Shown here: one piece after another, positions 33,036-46,371 of the stretch
Position numbering within the stretch: the first letter of the stretch is position 1
How the letters are laid out: every line of letters begins with the position of its first letter
Source: the human T2T-CHM13v2.0 reference genome, Homo sapiens
Length of the DNA: 64,000 bases
Reading direction: 5' to 3' (one strand)
Assembly: GCF_009914755.1 (NCBI RefSeq)
Contig: NC_060932.1
Made by a program: the position numbers and the translations under genes
The notes under the pieces: generated by a model
Told to the model about the DNA's origin: nothing
Seen by the model: the letters and a program-made list of their open reading frames with translations, nothing else
Database searches by the model: none

Positions 33036-35422
33036 ATATTTTGATCAAACATTTTATTATGCTGTGCTTTGTGGAAGAAGCAATCACCTCTCTTCTGTGT
33101 TACTCTTTGCTTGAAAGGTAACAAAAAAGAAAGGAGTTTCAGAGAAGGTGGAACTAAAGTTTTTGCAGGGATGCACAATTAGAAGTAGCCCTAATTTACT
33201 TGTTTACTTGTTACAAGGAGGAGAGATGAATGGGGTCAGTGGTGAAACCCAGAAGAGATTCCAAGTTTCTGGCTACTGGCATGAACTTTGAAGGCCACAT
33301 TCTCCCTGGAAATCTTTTTCCACTTGTATGGCACTGTTAACCATGCCAGGGCCCGTCAAAGAGGGTAAAGTTTCTTAAGAGTTTGTCATCAAAATTTCTA
33401 CCTCCAAATGCGTGAAGGGCAAGGAAAAAAAATGGACTTGGATTCTCTGAGCACTGATTTCACTGTGACTTTCTACTTTTTTGTGATAAAAAGAATTAAC
33501 TTGAATCATATAAGCATACACAATGCCCATAGAGATGATCAGAATTTTACTAGTGTTGCTTGATGATGAGATTTTTAGGTTCCGTGTTTGGATTTAGGCT
33601 TTGATTCTGTTAAAGAATGACTGTCGAGACTTGTATTTTGACCTTTATATTGCCCTCAAATATAGAAGGTGTGATTTTTTACTGTGGCACAGGTTGCAGA
33701 GATAGTAGTGGTGGTGGTGCAGAAGTTAGATGTTTCCTCTGTACCCAGTATGCTAAATGCATTTTTTTCTATACAGCCTCTGCTCATAAAGATATCCCTA
33801 AATGCCATCAAACTTAGTGGGGGGTGAGGAAGGATATTTTCTACTCCACTTGCCATCAAAAAAGATTAATCAGAACTTGTAACTTTTCAGAAAACATAAC
33901 TGCAAAGGGCCTTGAAGCTGGAGCCCTCCCAGACTGGGAGTGAGGGCAGAAGGAGGGAGGAGACCAGGGCAGCCCCCAGGCAGGAGCCGACCTGTCTCTC
34001 AGCATTTACCAGACAAAGCCTGGGTGCGTCTAATTATGATTATTAAAACAATTTCCATGACGATGTCTAATATTATGTTAATTTGAAAACAACTGTGTAT
34101 GAAAACTGTCGACTATAATACCTAAATTCATTTAATGAAACACATCGTTAAGGCAATTAAACCTCCTGGATGTGATTAAGAAACATAATTACGACACTGT
34201 TCTGCGCCATAATTGGGTGTCTTTAATCAAGGGGTAAAGTGATCAGCAACACAGCCATTAGTTTGTATTGTTCTGGCCCTGCTGTCCATCATTCTGATTA
34301 GGAATTAGCCACAGCCACCACCAGTCAGATTTTTTTTTTTCCTTTTGCATATTAACATTGTAGGGGACACATTTGCTGCAAGATTTAATGCTTAATATTT
34401 CTCATTATTAGAAGGCCTTCTTGAAATACTTCCTTTGCAACCTTTGTACTGTTCAACTATTATTAAAAATTGTACAGAAGAACACATCTTGAACTTTAGG
34501 GAAAAAATAAAGAAATGAGAATCCTCCTCTCTTTAACCACTCAGCTTTCAATCTTAGTCCTGAAGGAGACTTGGATGGGGGTGGGGATAGGAAGATATTG
34601 AGAATAAATTCAAATGTCACATGAATAGGCATAATTATTTAGTGTATTAGGCTTATTAACATTTATTTTCATTTTGATAATTTTAGACAAATCAACCCTC
34701 TTTCCAAACCTAGGAATTGGCCAGCCTGTGGTTTTAGCAATTAACATGGGACATCTGAAAGAAACAGGAGAGGAGTTTTCTGTGGTTTAGTTAGGTGATC
34801 CTCCCTGCCCTAACTCCAACCTTTCTAAAGGGTTTTCAGCAGCAGCTTTAAGAAAAGGAAGCCAGTGATTGGAGGGACAACACTTTCCACTCCTGATAAA
34901 GCCCTAGAGCTACTTTCTTTCTGGGGTCTGAGCCCTGAGTTTTGGCCTAGTCTGAAGAGTTAGCCCACACACCATTGACCCCAGCTGTCTGTCCAGCATG
35001 GAGCGCACAGGTCGGAAATGGGGGACTGAGCACCAGGGGAATCAGTGTGGTCTTGCAAAAGTCTCCTTGGGTTAGAGCAGACAGCCTGGTTCCTAAGACT
35101 GCAGCATGTGCCAGAGTGCAAGGGTATCTTGGCCACCCCTGAGCTTGCTCTGGCATCCACCACGCCTTGGGGTGCTTCTCTCAGGCACACCCATCCCGCC
35201 AGTCCGATCTCTCTGCTGGTGTTCCTTACAGAGCTGAGAGTGGACAGATGAGGCCAAGCAAAAACTGAGTCCCACTGGCTTTTTATTCTCACTTAGGGTC
35301 CCGTCGCCAGCTTGACACTGGGGACCAACAGAAGGGTTAGCTTTGCGTGTACGACTGCAGGACCAGCAAATGATCATCTTCGATAGAGCTCTCTAGTTAC
35401 CCGTGCTTCTCCCTCCCTATGG

Positions 35423-35478
35423 TATGTGTTTGTGTGTGTGTGTGTGCGTGTGTGTGCGTGTGTGTGCGCGCGCGCGCG
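35423..35478. repeat. (GT)n(GC)n alternating purine-pyrimidine tract
   Basis: tatgtgtttgtgtgtgtgtgtgtgcgtgtgtgtgcgtgtgtgtgcgcgcgcgcgcg. Confidence 0.9.
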
Positions 35479-36399
35479 CACCCGCACGCAGTCTGCAATG
35501 CCCTCACCAGTCCCCGCAGCTGGGCAACCCCTCCAAGACCCTGTGTTACGCTTAAATTCCTCTCCCTCCTATCGTACCCACCATCCATCCTTACAGCAGG
35601 GAGGCCGAGACTCACAGAATTCCCTTCTCCACCAACTCGCACTCTTGGTCTAGCACGCGGAAACCGAACCTTTCTACGCGGCCCGACCTTGCGATTGCTC
35701 CAGCATGAGTGGCATTGACTTTTCCAATGTAATGACTTATGAAAGATATAATCATGTGTTAAATTGAATCCTCCGTTTAACTGTTAATGGTGTGCTCTGG
35801 GCACATTTACGTATTTGATGCTATGGTAACTAATTACCACTAGAAAAAAGGATAATACACTTCCCAGACTTTGAAAAATAATCATGAGTTCACTTCCCGG
35901 CTCGCAGCACATCGTGGCGGCCCTGCCGGGAGGAGCGAGGAAACGAGTGGAAACCCGAAAGTGTGCTCATGGAATGCAGGAGGTAATGAATCCTGGTCAG
36001 GTGAGACTACTTAGTCAAACCTTTAATGAAAACGTGATTCACATGGAAAGCAGGAGTGGGAGGGAACAACTACACAAAGGTGCCTTTAAACAAAATTAAA
36101 TGGCAAAACCTGACTATCAGAAACATGAATAGGTTTCTTTCAATTAAAATGCAGGTAAGACTAAATTATCCACGTGCCAAGCAACTTTACATCAATTAAC
36201 ATTTTTTTGTTGTGTGGGCAAAGTAAATGAGCCCGGCTCCTGTGCTCTCTGTATTGGCATATACAACTTGAAAGTCTCTGGATTTGCCAAGCCAATGAGC
36301 TGCAGGTTTATTTAAATTCGGCCTTTTAAATCAAACTTTAGACACAGTAGGTGGAAGGAGGGAAAGAGAAGGAAAAACAAGGAGTCAGTAACTTCAGTT

Positions 36400-37050
36400 T
36401 AACAGTAGAAACAACTCTTACGGTGAGAGTCTTTTTTGCCCGGCAAATCTCTGGCTCTTCTGATCGACTGGTGTTTAGAACCAAGGTTCCAGTAAACAGG
36501 GCTGGGTAGGATAACGAGGAGAGTGTTTGTGCTGGGACCTGGCAGGACTGGAGGAGGAAAGGAGCCGCCTTCCAGCAGGTCCAGCATCCCTAGGTTGCAA
36601 ACACACCAAATGACGTCCACGCAGCACTCGCGCCCACCGCGCTGTTTTTGCTTGCGCAGTGCTCCCGAAGGGATTCGGGATCCGCATCCGGAGGGATTCG
36701 GGATCCGCATCCGAAGAGCACCCCTTCTCTCAGGACTTCCCCTGGGACCGACGTTTCCAGTCACCCCTGCGGGCGCAATTGTCCTTCAACCGCCAAGCTC
36801 CTTGGGACAAAAAGAGAACTTCAGGGGCTCTGCCTCAAACTGTCCTTCGAGGGTGGCTCGAGGATCGGGTTGTCCCCTGTATGGCAGCAGGCATGTGGGT
36901 TCACACGCAGCTGCCAGGCTTGTAAGAGGCACCCCGCAGCCGCACCAAACCCGAAGCATCCGCGAAAGCGCCCCGGTTTTAAACCCCAAAGAGCTGCTCG
37001 CTTCCTCACGCAGCAGGGAAACTCTGCTCGCTTTCCCTGAGGTTAGATTT
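36400..37050. promoter_or_regulatory. Downstream orphan CpG island
   Basis: CpG-dense, repeat-free and non-coding; lies between the BHLHE22 and CYP7B1 3' ends. Confidence 0.65.
36665..36716. repeat. 23-bp tandem repeat, about 2.3 copies
   Basis: ccgaagggattcgggatccgcat / ccggagggattcgggatccgcat / ccgaag. Confidence 0.9.
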
Positions 37051-39223
37051 GTGTTAAATTCTACTAATTTTTCTAAATTACTCGTCTTAACAAATCCAGG
37101 AGACTGTTTCTTAACTATTGCAAAATTATCAAGTATACTAGAATGTGTGTGTGAATTTTCCTTCTTTCTCTTCTCCACTTTTCTCTACTGTAGGCAGTAC
37201 AGAAGTACAGATTTGAGAGCTCTGAAAGAGAAATGAATGGGTTGGGAAGGTTAGACTGCAGAGGAAAAGAGGATTTGTCAGTTATCAATCCTCACCATCC
37301 CCAACCCCACTACATATATGATGGACAAGGCTCACAAGTCACCACCATGCTTGGATGGGGAGTTGGCTTTAATTATGCACAATGTGTTATTCTCCTTCTC
37401 AGCTTGGGAAAGAGTTAATTCTTTCCCAAAGACCACAGTTGCCCTTGTCTCCTCAACCTGATTCAGAGATGCAATAAAATATGAAGCAAATTTATGGTCT
37501 GTTTCAAGCATTTTATTGCTGTATTTTTAAATTCATATATGCACATATAAGAACTATGATCTGTGAATAATTTGAAATGCTATAGAAGAATGATACATTT
37601 TAGATAAAACATAACCATATCTTTATATAAATTGTCTGAGATTAAAATAAAAAAGAAAAATGGATTTCTAATGTGGACCAAACCGAAAAACTAATGGCAG
37701 CCATAAACTGCTAACCACCCATAAATTAACATCTTCATCAAATGCTAAAATGGTATCACTGGTTATATAAAGCAATTACTATTTCTCCGTATAAGTTTTA
37801 GAAGAAAGTTCAGAGATATTTAAAGGATCCGTTATTTACAAATGTTTCTCAATCTTAAAGATTTCATTTTTTTATTAGGAGGATGGTTGCATCTCAAATC
37901 TCCTGTTAACAGAGGTGTTTAGAGATGAGAATTTAAATTTAAACATAAAAATGTTTCATGGCCTAACCTCATTTTATACATTTATCCTGCTCTGGCAATT
38001 ACTGAAGAACTTGGTGCAAGGATTTCTCTGTTACATATCCTTACCCACTTTTTGAAAAGAGATAAACAATCTCTGATTATGAGAGAGACTCAGTTTTTGT
38101 ACCTAACTAGTCAAAATAATAAATCATGCATTGTCCAATCAAGTAAGTACAGCTACATTTGCCATGTGCAGTCTATTTCTGCAGTAGTACTATGGTCAAA
38201 ATTCAGATGCCAGGCTGACTGAGTCGGTGCTCTCCATCTAAGATTTTGATGAAAGGAAATGATTTTCCTAAGCAGGCCTCCACAGAAATGTGAAGAGTTG
38301 GGAAAGAAGAAAGGATATCTATCTATTAAATGCCTGATGTATCAGGAAGCAGGGTCAGTTAATACCTGCGTCTAAATAACTTACTTTAATTTCCTTTGGA
38401 GAAGCATCAGGCATACATCTCTTTAAAGTGTAGATTTCTTAAGAGAGTGAACTTAAGTAAAATCTGTAATTATTCAACAAAGTAAGCTCCTTTAAAAGTT
38501 TACAAAATTATGGTTTATGAAAGCAAAACAATTATTTGGCCTATGGAAGATGTGGGTAGCTCACACACTCAAACTATCCCTGCTCCTCTGTTGGATTTAC
38601 AGCATGTTGTCCCGTGGAGTAGTTGATGTGGACGATTATCCTCAAAGATCAAGAATCAACTAAGATCTTGAACTGGTTAAGTTCTAGGACCACTCCTTAA
38701 TTTAATTTTCTGCAAGCATTGTTTAGTCCGAGTACCTCCTTCTTGAAAAATAAAAACTGTTTGTAACTTTTCTTTAAGTCTAAACTTAGTTCAAAATAAA
38801 AAGTTTTTTTTAAATGTGTAATTGCTCAGTATGAAGGAAGTACTACCACATGTATAGTTTTTACTTATAAAACATTCAATGATTACAAATACTTTTAACG
38901 GTATTCCATTTGACGTAGAAAACAAATACATTTATAAAACTTTAAATAAACTCATTAGTCCTTAGAATTATGGAATTGAAGTAATTTCATTCAAACCTTA
39001 ATTTTAATATAAAAAACAAAAGCATTTATTAAAAAGTTTGGTATCTATCAGGCAATAATGACACAGATTTTTTGGTAACTACGATGGCTAGTTCTTAGAA
39101 ATAAAAGTTATGTGTAGTAAATATTCTCTTGCACACAAATAAGAATCTCCAACTAATATGTTTCATATTTAGAAATGTTTAAATTTGACTCAATGATGAA
39201 TCATTAGATAGTAATACCTTTAC

Positions 39224-39266
39224 CTGTTATTTCCATTCCTCTAGTTTCTCCTGTGAGCACAGTTTG
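39224..39266 (-). other. Candidate 43-nt alternative CYP7B1 exon
   Basis: Minus strand: ttttacttcccttacag|CAAACTGTGCTCACAGGAGAAACTAGAGGAATGGAAATAACAG|gtaaag. Open in the phase left by exon 5 (QTVLTGETRGMEIT). Confidence 0.45.
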
Positions 39267-40288
39267 CTGTAAGGGAAGTAAAATACTTCATGATTATATC
39301 TCTGAACATTTACTTTTTGTGTAGTCTGTGATACATCATGTCTCTCCTTATAAAAGTAATCAACAGTAAATAATTAACAATAAACAATTAACAGTAAACA
39401 GTATCAAGCACTTTTCAAAAAACACAGCACAGCCATTGGGCATTTTTTTATCCTGAAAAGAAAATACACATTATTATTCACATGATCATTGCTAATTCTG
39501 GAAGGTTCTGCAAATCTAGAATAAAGTTGAAAACAAAAGATAATTATTTCACAGTTTATCTATTTAGTGACATAATTTATCCCAGTTGGTAAATAAACAA
39601 TAATGAGCTGACTAGTTCAAATGAACAGAACACCTTCTAGCCAACTTCTCACGGAGTCTCAGGCCAGTCCCTGTAAAATGTTAGTGACTCACACCAGTGT
39701 CTCTGAGAAAAGCCCAGTGTCCCAGGAAAATACTGTACGTAGGGTTACTAAAAACCCACATTTCATTTTCATCACCACCATTCTGTAGTATATGCTTTAT
39801 TTACAATTTATTTTAGTTTTATGAACAAATAGAATACTGTCCAAATATTACCCAGCTTTATTCATTATCTGTAGTAAAGAGATCTGCTGAAGACAAAGAT
39901 TACACCTGCTGAAAACTCTCTCCCATTTATTGTGCTTATACTTCTGTCCACACTAATAGTGATTATTAAGAATTGTAACCTAGCAAGGTCAGCCTGCCTA
40001 GAATAAACATTTTAAAACTTAGTGATTTTTTTTGAGTTTGTTATTTTACAAATAAATAATAAGTTAAAATATATTGAAACATACTCTGAAATAGTTAATA
40101 TACTTTCAGGAGAGCATCAGATGATAAGAATATATGTGTACGGGGGCAAGAAATGGAGATGAGGAGATATTCAGAGAGCAAAATTATTTTCCAAATAATT
40201 TTCTTTTGTAATCAAATCTTCTGTTATCCAACATATTCCTAGTAGGACAATAAAGAGACATAATCAGTCATCTGTGCTTTAAAGTTAA

Positions 40289-40294
40289 TTTATT
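40289..40294 (-). terminator. Candidate distal CYP7B1 poly(A) signal AATAAA
   Basis: tttatt on +. In mRNA sense, UGUA lies just upstream (40306-40311) and U/GU-rich tgtctctttattgtcct downstream. A proximal AATAAA is at 45775-45780. Confidence 0.45.
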
Positions 40295-41327
40295 AAATTT
40301 TTGTTGTACATAAAAGAACATTAAGTATTAGACTTGCAAAGCACTTGCATTTCTTATCTGACATCTTTTAGGACAATTTGATTCATTGTAAATCCACATA
40401 TATGTCATTTTAAAATCAAAGATAATATTAAACAATTTCAGAAAATTGTTTTAATAATATACAGCACTCCTCCTTCTAAAAATATTTTAAAACATAAGTA
40501 TTGACAAATTATAACCTATTTTAAATTGTGTAGAGTTTTTCATGTATTAAATTTATTTTACTCTAGCAAGTAGTATAAACAAAATAAACATTTAAGCCAA
40601 AAAGTTCAAACATCAATGATCACTGATTTAGATAAACAAATGAAGTAGAGTAATAATTACTTTAGATAAATACTAAAGAGTTTTATGTGATCATTCATTA
40701 TAATTTAAAATAGTGCTACAGAGAATGTCATCTTGGCTTGCTAACTTTTTCTGAATTCAATATGTTAATATGAGTATCTAATTATGCAATACAAGTAAAC
40801 AATAGTTTGCAAGATTGGCAAATTTAATAGGTTAAAAAATGCACATTCTAAGGGCATGTAATTCCTGTTCACATAATTATTGCCATTCTTTTATACTAGG
40901 ATCAAACACTAGATAAATGTTGTGCTTTGGTCTTTGAACAGTTTTAAACTTCTACTGTTAAGTTAGAAGTCACTTGCAGAAAATTACCCAAATTATTTTT
41001 ATGATAAAATAAGCATTAAAAATGTAGATTTTCAGTATGGAAGCTCCTTTGCCTTAGACTTGTGACCCAAAACTTAATTATAAAATGGAGATGAAGTAAG
41101 GAAGTATGCCAGGAAAGCCAAAACAAGGCAGATAAAAGTTTTCTTCTAGGTTGCTTATAAGCATGCCTGATTTAGTGATAGGTAGCTTTTTCTTAACCAC
41201 TTCAGGGCTTTAGTTTCTGCTGAGTGTTTCATTACGTTGGTCATTGATATAAAACAATATTTTGGGTATTAATTATTTATTTCTTTTAATTCAAAACTTA
41301 GGTGAAGCTATAAAAATGAAAAGATGG

Positions 41328-41620
<293 letters not shown>

Positions 41621-42654
41621 GGATGGGATTTTACAATATATAATACAGTTTTTAAAAATTCTAAGCCTCAATGACTATATTTGGTTTTAATTATCATATT
41701 ATCAAAATACCTGTTGTATATATTTTTATTGTGTATAATTATACATAGTGATTTCTCATTACAGACCATTACTTTGGAATGACTGATGGAAGGCTAGTTA
41801 GAACTAGTGATAAATCAGAATTTTAAAATAGTTTTAAAGAGATGAATTTATCACTTACAACTGCATTTATAATAAATTAGTTGCCTACGTATTGTTTTCC
41901 CTAACAAATAGTATGTTCTTGAAGGGGAAGGGGAATCCAGTGTCTAGCATCAATCATATCTAGAACAGAGAAAATGCTCAATGAATGTTTGGTTGAATAA
42001 ATGAACAATGAATTAACAAATGACTATAAAAAACGATTCCCTTGAACAATACACAAGAGCAATTTTTTAAAGGCACAACACTGTTGAAGTATCTTCATTA
42101 AACTTTGCATTGGTATATTGCATTATACCATAAATCCATACACGTTACTGTGTTTAATCGTTACAATGAACTCTGATGTCAAAGGGCCTTATTATTTTAT
42201 TTTTCAAATGAGGACGTTGAAGCTCTGAGACGGAAATTGTTTAATAATAAGCCAGTTATGTCACAGCCAGAATCTGCATCTTTTAACTGATTTGTCCAGG
42301 ACATGTTTTTCTATTTGTAAATACTATTTAGTTACTGGATTTAAGACTGTCACAAGATTCTCAATGTTTTGTTTTGGTTCTACTATTCATTCCTTTTATG
42401 TCATCTTTTCTCAACCATTTCATTTATCCTTACTTTCCATTTCTAAATTCCTGTACACATTTCCAGTTATAAAATAAGCCGAAATTGGAATGGAATAATT
42501 TCCTGTGTTCTCTGTGCCTTAACATCACAAAAGTGTACCACTAAGTTGAATTTAAAGCTATGGAACTTCCACTTTAGGCAACATGGCGAACTAGACGTCC
42601 AAGTACGAAAAGGACAGAGTATGCTTTGTGGTGGACTAAAGGCTAGGGCCCAGG

Positions 42655-42657
<3 letters not shown>

Positions 42658-42710
<53 letters not shown>
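42658..42710. repeat. (GT)~26 microsatellite
   Basis: Perfect GT run. Confidence 0.95.
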
Positions 42711-42713
<3 letters not shown>

Positions 42714-42949
42714 CCAAGGCCTTTGCATAAAGCCAAGAACTTGCAAAGACAACATACTCAATAGGTGAACTAGAAAGAAACTGTGCTCCACAGAGCAAAA
42801 CTGTCAGTATATTTGCCTATCTCAGTCTTAGCTCCGGGTAAAAATAAACAAAAAAATGAACCCCCAAATGTGTCCCCTGTCTATTCCTAATAAAATGGTT
42901 GCATTCTACCTGATTTAGGGCTAGAAACCACAATACCTATGTAGCGTTC

Positions 42950-44700
42950 CCTCCCCACTCCCAGATAATCAAGCTGAAATTTTAAGGTGATCTGAGTTTG
43001 GTAGTAGTATCAGCAGTCTGACAAATGCAAATACAAATTCTCTCTTGAGGAATGAACTTTAAATCTAGGTCTAAAGATTTTTCAGAGATAAAAATCCAAG
43101 GAACATGGGCTCAGTAAACAAGCCATTCCTGGTAACAGTGACAGCAAAACACATAAACTACAGAATTAGATCCACAAAACACCAATGATTTGGAAATATC
43201 AGATACAGAATCTAAAATGTTTGCTTCATACAGTTGAAGAAATGAAAAAGGATGTTGAGTTTATAATAAAGGTACAAGATATTATAAAAAATAAGCAGCA
43301 TATATGAAGAACAAAAGGGAATCGTAAAACTGAAAAATGTAATGATTGAACTTAGCAAACTCAGTGGAATGGAAAACCTGAAGGTTAACAAGCTGGAGAC
43401 TGACACTCTGACTCAAAATCAACCTTGGAGACCCTACAGAATGGAGAGGATTGGATGGATCTGAGGATGGGACATAACAAATTTAGAACATCTTAGGAAG
43501 AATTAAAGTTATCATGGACTAAATGTGTGTATGTGGGGGGTGGGTGGTGGGGCTTGGGGACAAGGCATTTAGCAGCCCTGGGCTGAGATGGTTAGGCACA
43601 GTAGTGTGAGGATAGGTGATGGAAAAGCTTTTAAGTTCTGCTTTGGCCTCTGTCCCACAATAACTGTCCTGCTGACAGTGTCCATCACTGGGTAACTAGA
43701 TCATTAAAACATAATGTGTGCACATTATGGATTGCTGTGCAGCAGTTAGAAGCAATAGATTAAATATAGTAGTATACTATGTATATACTACAGAAATATG
43801 AATATATCTTTAAAATCACAGAGCTTCATAAGAAAATTAGGAAGAATATAACTTACAGAAAATAGGTACTCAAGATAATATATGTTACATGAAAACATAT
43901 ACATACCAAGATATGCATCAAACACATTAGAATATTTGCCTATGATATTAGGAAGGGGTATGAAAGTGGGTATTAGGGACAAAACAGAATAAGTAAATAA
44001 AGCCAGAGGGACCTTATTAGAACCAATTATAATTGTGTATCATGAACTAAAGAGTGTAAGGAGAGTGATCACTCAACTCGATGAACCTAGAGTTAAAACA
44101 AAAAGAAGGAAAAAACAAACTCAGTGGATGAGTTGGAGAGATTAGATATACTGTTCAAAGAAGAAACTGGAAGAGACATCTAAAGAAATTACGTGGAGTG
44201 TAAGTTAGAGATACAAAGTGTGGTGAGAAAAGATCAAAGGATGTATGTAGAGTGAGAGGATCTAATGTAGAGTGTGAGAACAGTAATATTCACAGAGAGA
44301 ATGGCTGAGAAGATTCCATACTTGATGGGAGACACCTGTGCTCAGATTCAAGAAGCAGCAGGACATGCAAGCATGAGAAACAGAAAGAAACTAAGAACAT
44401 CAAAGACAAAGAGGACACGTTAAAGTAGTCAGAGAGAAGAGACAGACTACCTATTGAGTAATTAAACTCACTAACGGCTATCCGCCCAATAACAACAATG
44501 GATACCTTAAGAACGGGCAATATCTTCAAAGTGCTGTGAGGAAATAACTGTCAATCTAGATTTGTGCATCCAGCAAAACCATCTTTCAAGAAGGAGAGTA
44601 AAAATAAAGACACCCTAAATCAAGCAAAAATAGAATTTGCACCAGCAGACCTTCACTGAAGGAACATTCAGAACATGTACTTCAGGAAGGATAAAATAAA
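42950..44700 (+). mobile_element. Patchwork of ancient L1M fragments (ORF1-like 43000-43370 and 44110-44700) with other old inserts
   Basis: aatatcttcaaagtgctgtgaggaaataactgtcaatctagatttgtgcatccagcaaaaccatctttcaagaagg resembles the L1 ORF1 C-terminus. Confidence 0.5.
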
Positions 44701-44929
44701 TGCTAGACTGTCTTATTTACTTACTAAGAATGTAAATATTTTGTAATGTTATTTTTAAAGTCAGTTTCCTTTTCTCAAAACAGTAGCAAATTTCTGAAAT
44801 ATTAGAAGTTCCAATTAACGAAGCATGAATTAACTGGACTTTATTACCTGCCTTGCCTGCTTATATATTGCATCATCATTTATATCAGATGCCAATCATG
44901 TGGTACTCTGATATTAGAATCTTTGAATC

Positions 44930-45053
44930 ACTGGGCTTGGTGGTACATGCCTGTAGTCCAGGTTCCCAAGGGACCAAAGCGGGAGGATCACTTGAGGTCA
45001 GGATTTGAGACCAGCCTGGGCAACACAGCCAGATACTCTCTCAATTGAAAAAA
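44930..45053 (+). mobile_element. FLAM (free left Alu monomer)
   Basis: Single Alu arm ctgggcttggtggtacatgcctgtagtcc...gagaccagcctgggcaacacag with an A tail; TSD aatctttgaat at 44918-44928 and 45054-45064. Confidence 0.85.
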
Positions 45054-46065
45054 AATCTTTGAATTATTGACACAATGCTGCATGTGTCATATGAAATTAC
45101 ACTGCATTACATGATGTTGTAATTCAAAATAGAACACATGAACTCCAAATCCAAAAGGTGAGACATCAAAACCAAATACTATATCTAGCTTCTCAGTTTA
45201 TATATATGAAAGCATTTAGGAAAGGGTTAATTGCAATATTTGCATAACCTGTATAGTTTATACTAAAGCCAAATGATATAATCAATGCTGTAATTATTTC
45301 AACATTTGCTCCCATAATAAACCTAATACTAATGTCTAGGGCAATTTCTGAATATATAATAGGTTCTGTGTTTTCTTATACATTAAATCTTATCAGTATC
45401 TAACTTGAACATGAAAGGTCTTATGTAACCAGAAATTTTGTTCTATTGAGCCATAGTATACAAAGTAATAAGGAACATTTATGCATGATTAAATATTGAA
45501 GTGAAGTTGAAGCATTCAATCTACTGTGAAACTCATTTAATGCACACATACCCTGGAAATATAGGTATTATTAATATTATACTTGAAGGGAACATTTTCA
45601 TCCAGTGTAACTCATGGAAATTCAATTTCCTTCTTCTGTGAGAATTTGGAATTTGTTAGACTGTGTCCATTTCCAGCACAATTTTCTAGTAGTTCAAAGT
45701 GTAATTTTACATATTAGAGAACAATTTGAGTGATTTAAATTCCACAGTGCCCAATCTATTGGTGTGAAGGTACATTTATTATAACAGGTGAAAATCACAA
45801 CAAGGAGAAACTAAAAAAACAACAACAACCCTGTTTTGAGCCTACCCTTAAGTTGATTTTGATGTCCATTTTCCTGCCACCATCCTGTTTTATATTATGA
45901 TGGGCTTTGTGACTAAGGACAAACTGGACTGATATCAGATCAAATAGAAATTAGCGCTTTTTAAACAAATAAATCAATTACATTTGCAGAAATTAAAAAG
46001 AAATAGATGAGCTTAGGATGTTTAGGGTAATTTTGATAGATTTATTTTCTTTCCTTTTAGCTTCT

Positions 46066-46371
<306 letters not shown>

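Larger units (their letters stand above)
31359..33050 (+). other. BHLHE22: BHLHE22 3' UTR (predicted extent)
   Basis: Repeat-free AU-rich sequence after the TAA. ATTAAA at 33030-33035 is followed by U/GU-rich sequence. Proximal AATAAA hexamers (e.g. 31915, 32698) could give shorter ends. Confidence 0.65.

Noticed and set aside
36523-37236. 237-aa ORF in the downstream CpG island
   Set aside because: Non-ATG start, no recognisable homology, and long ORFs occur in several frames as expected for GC-rich DNA.
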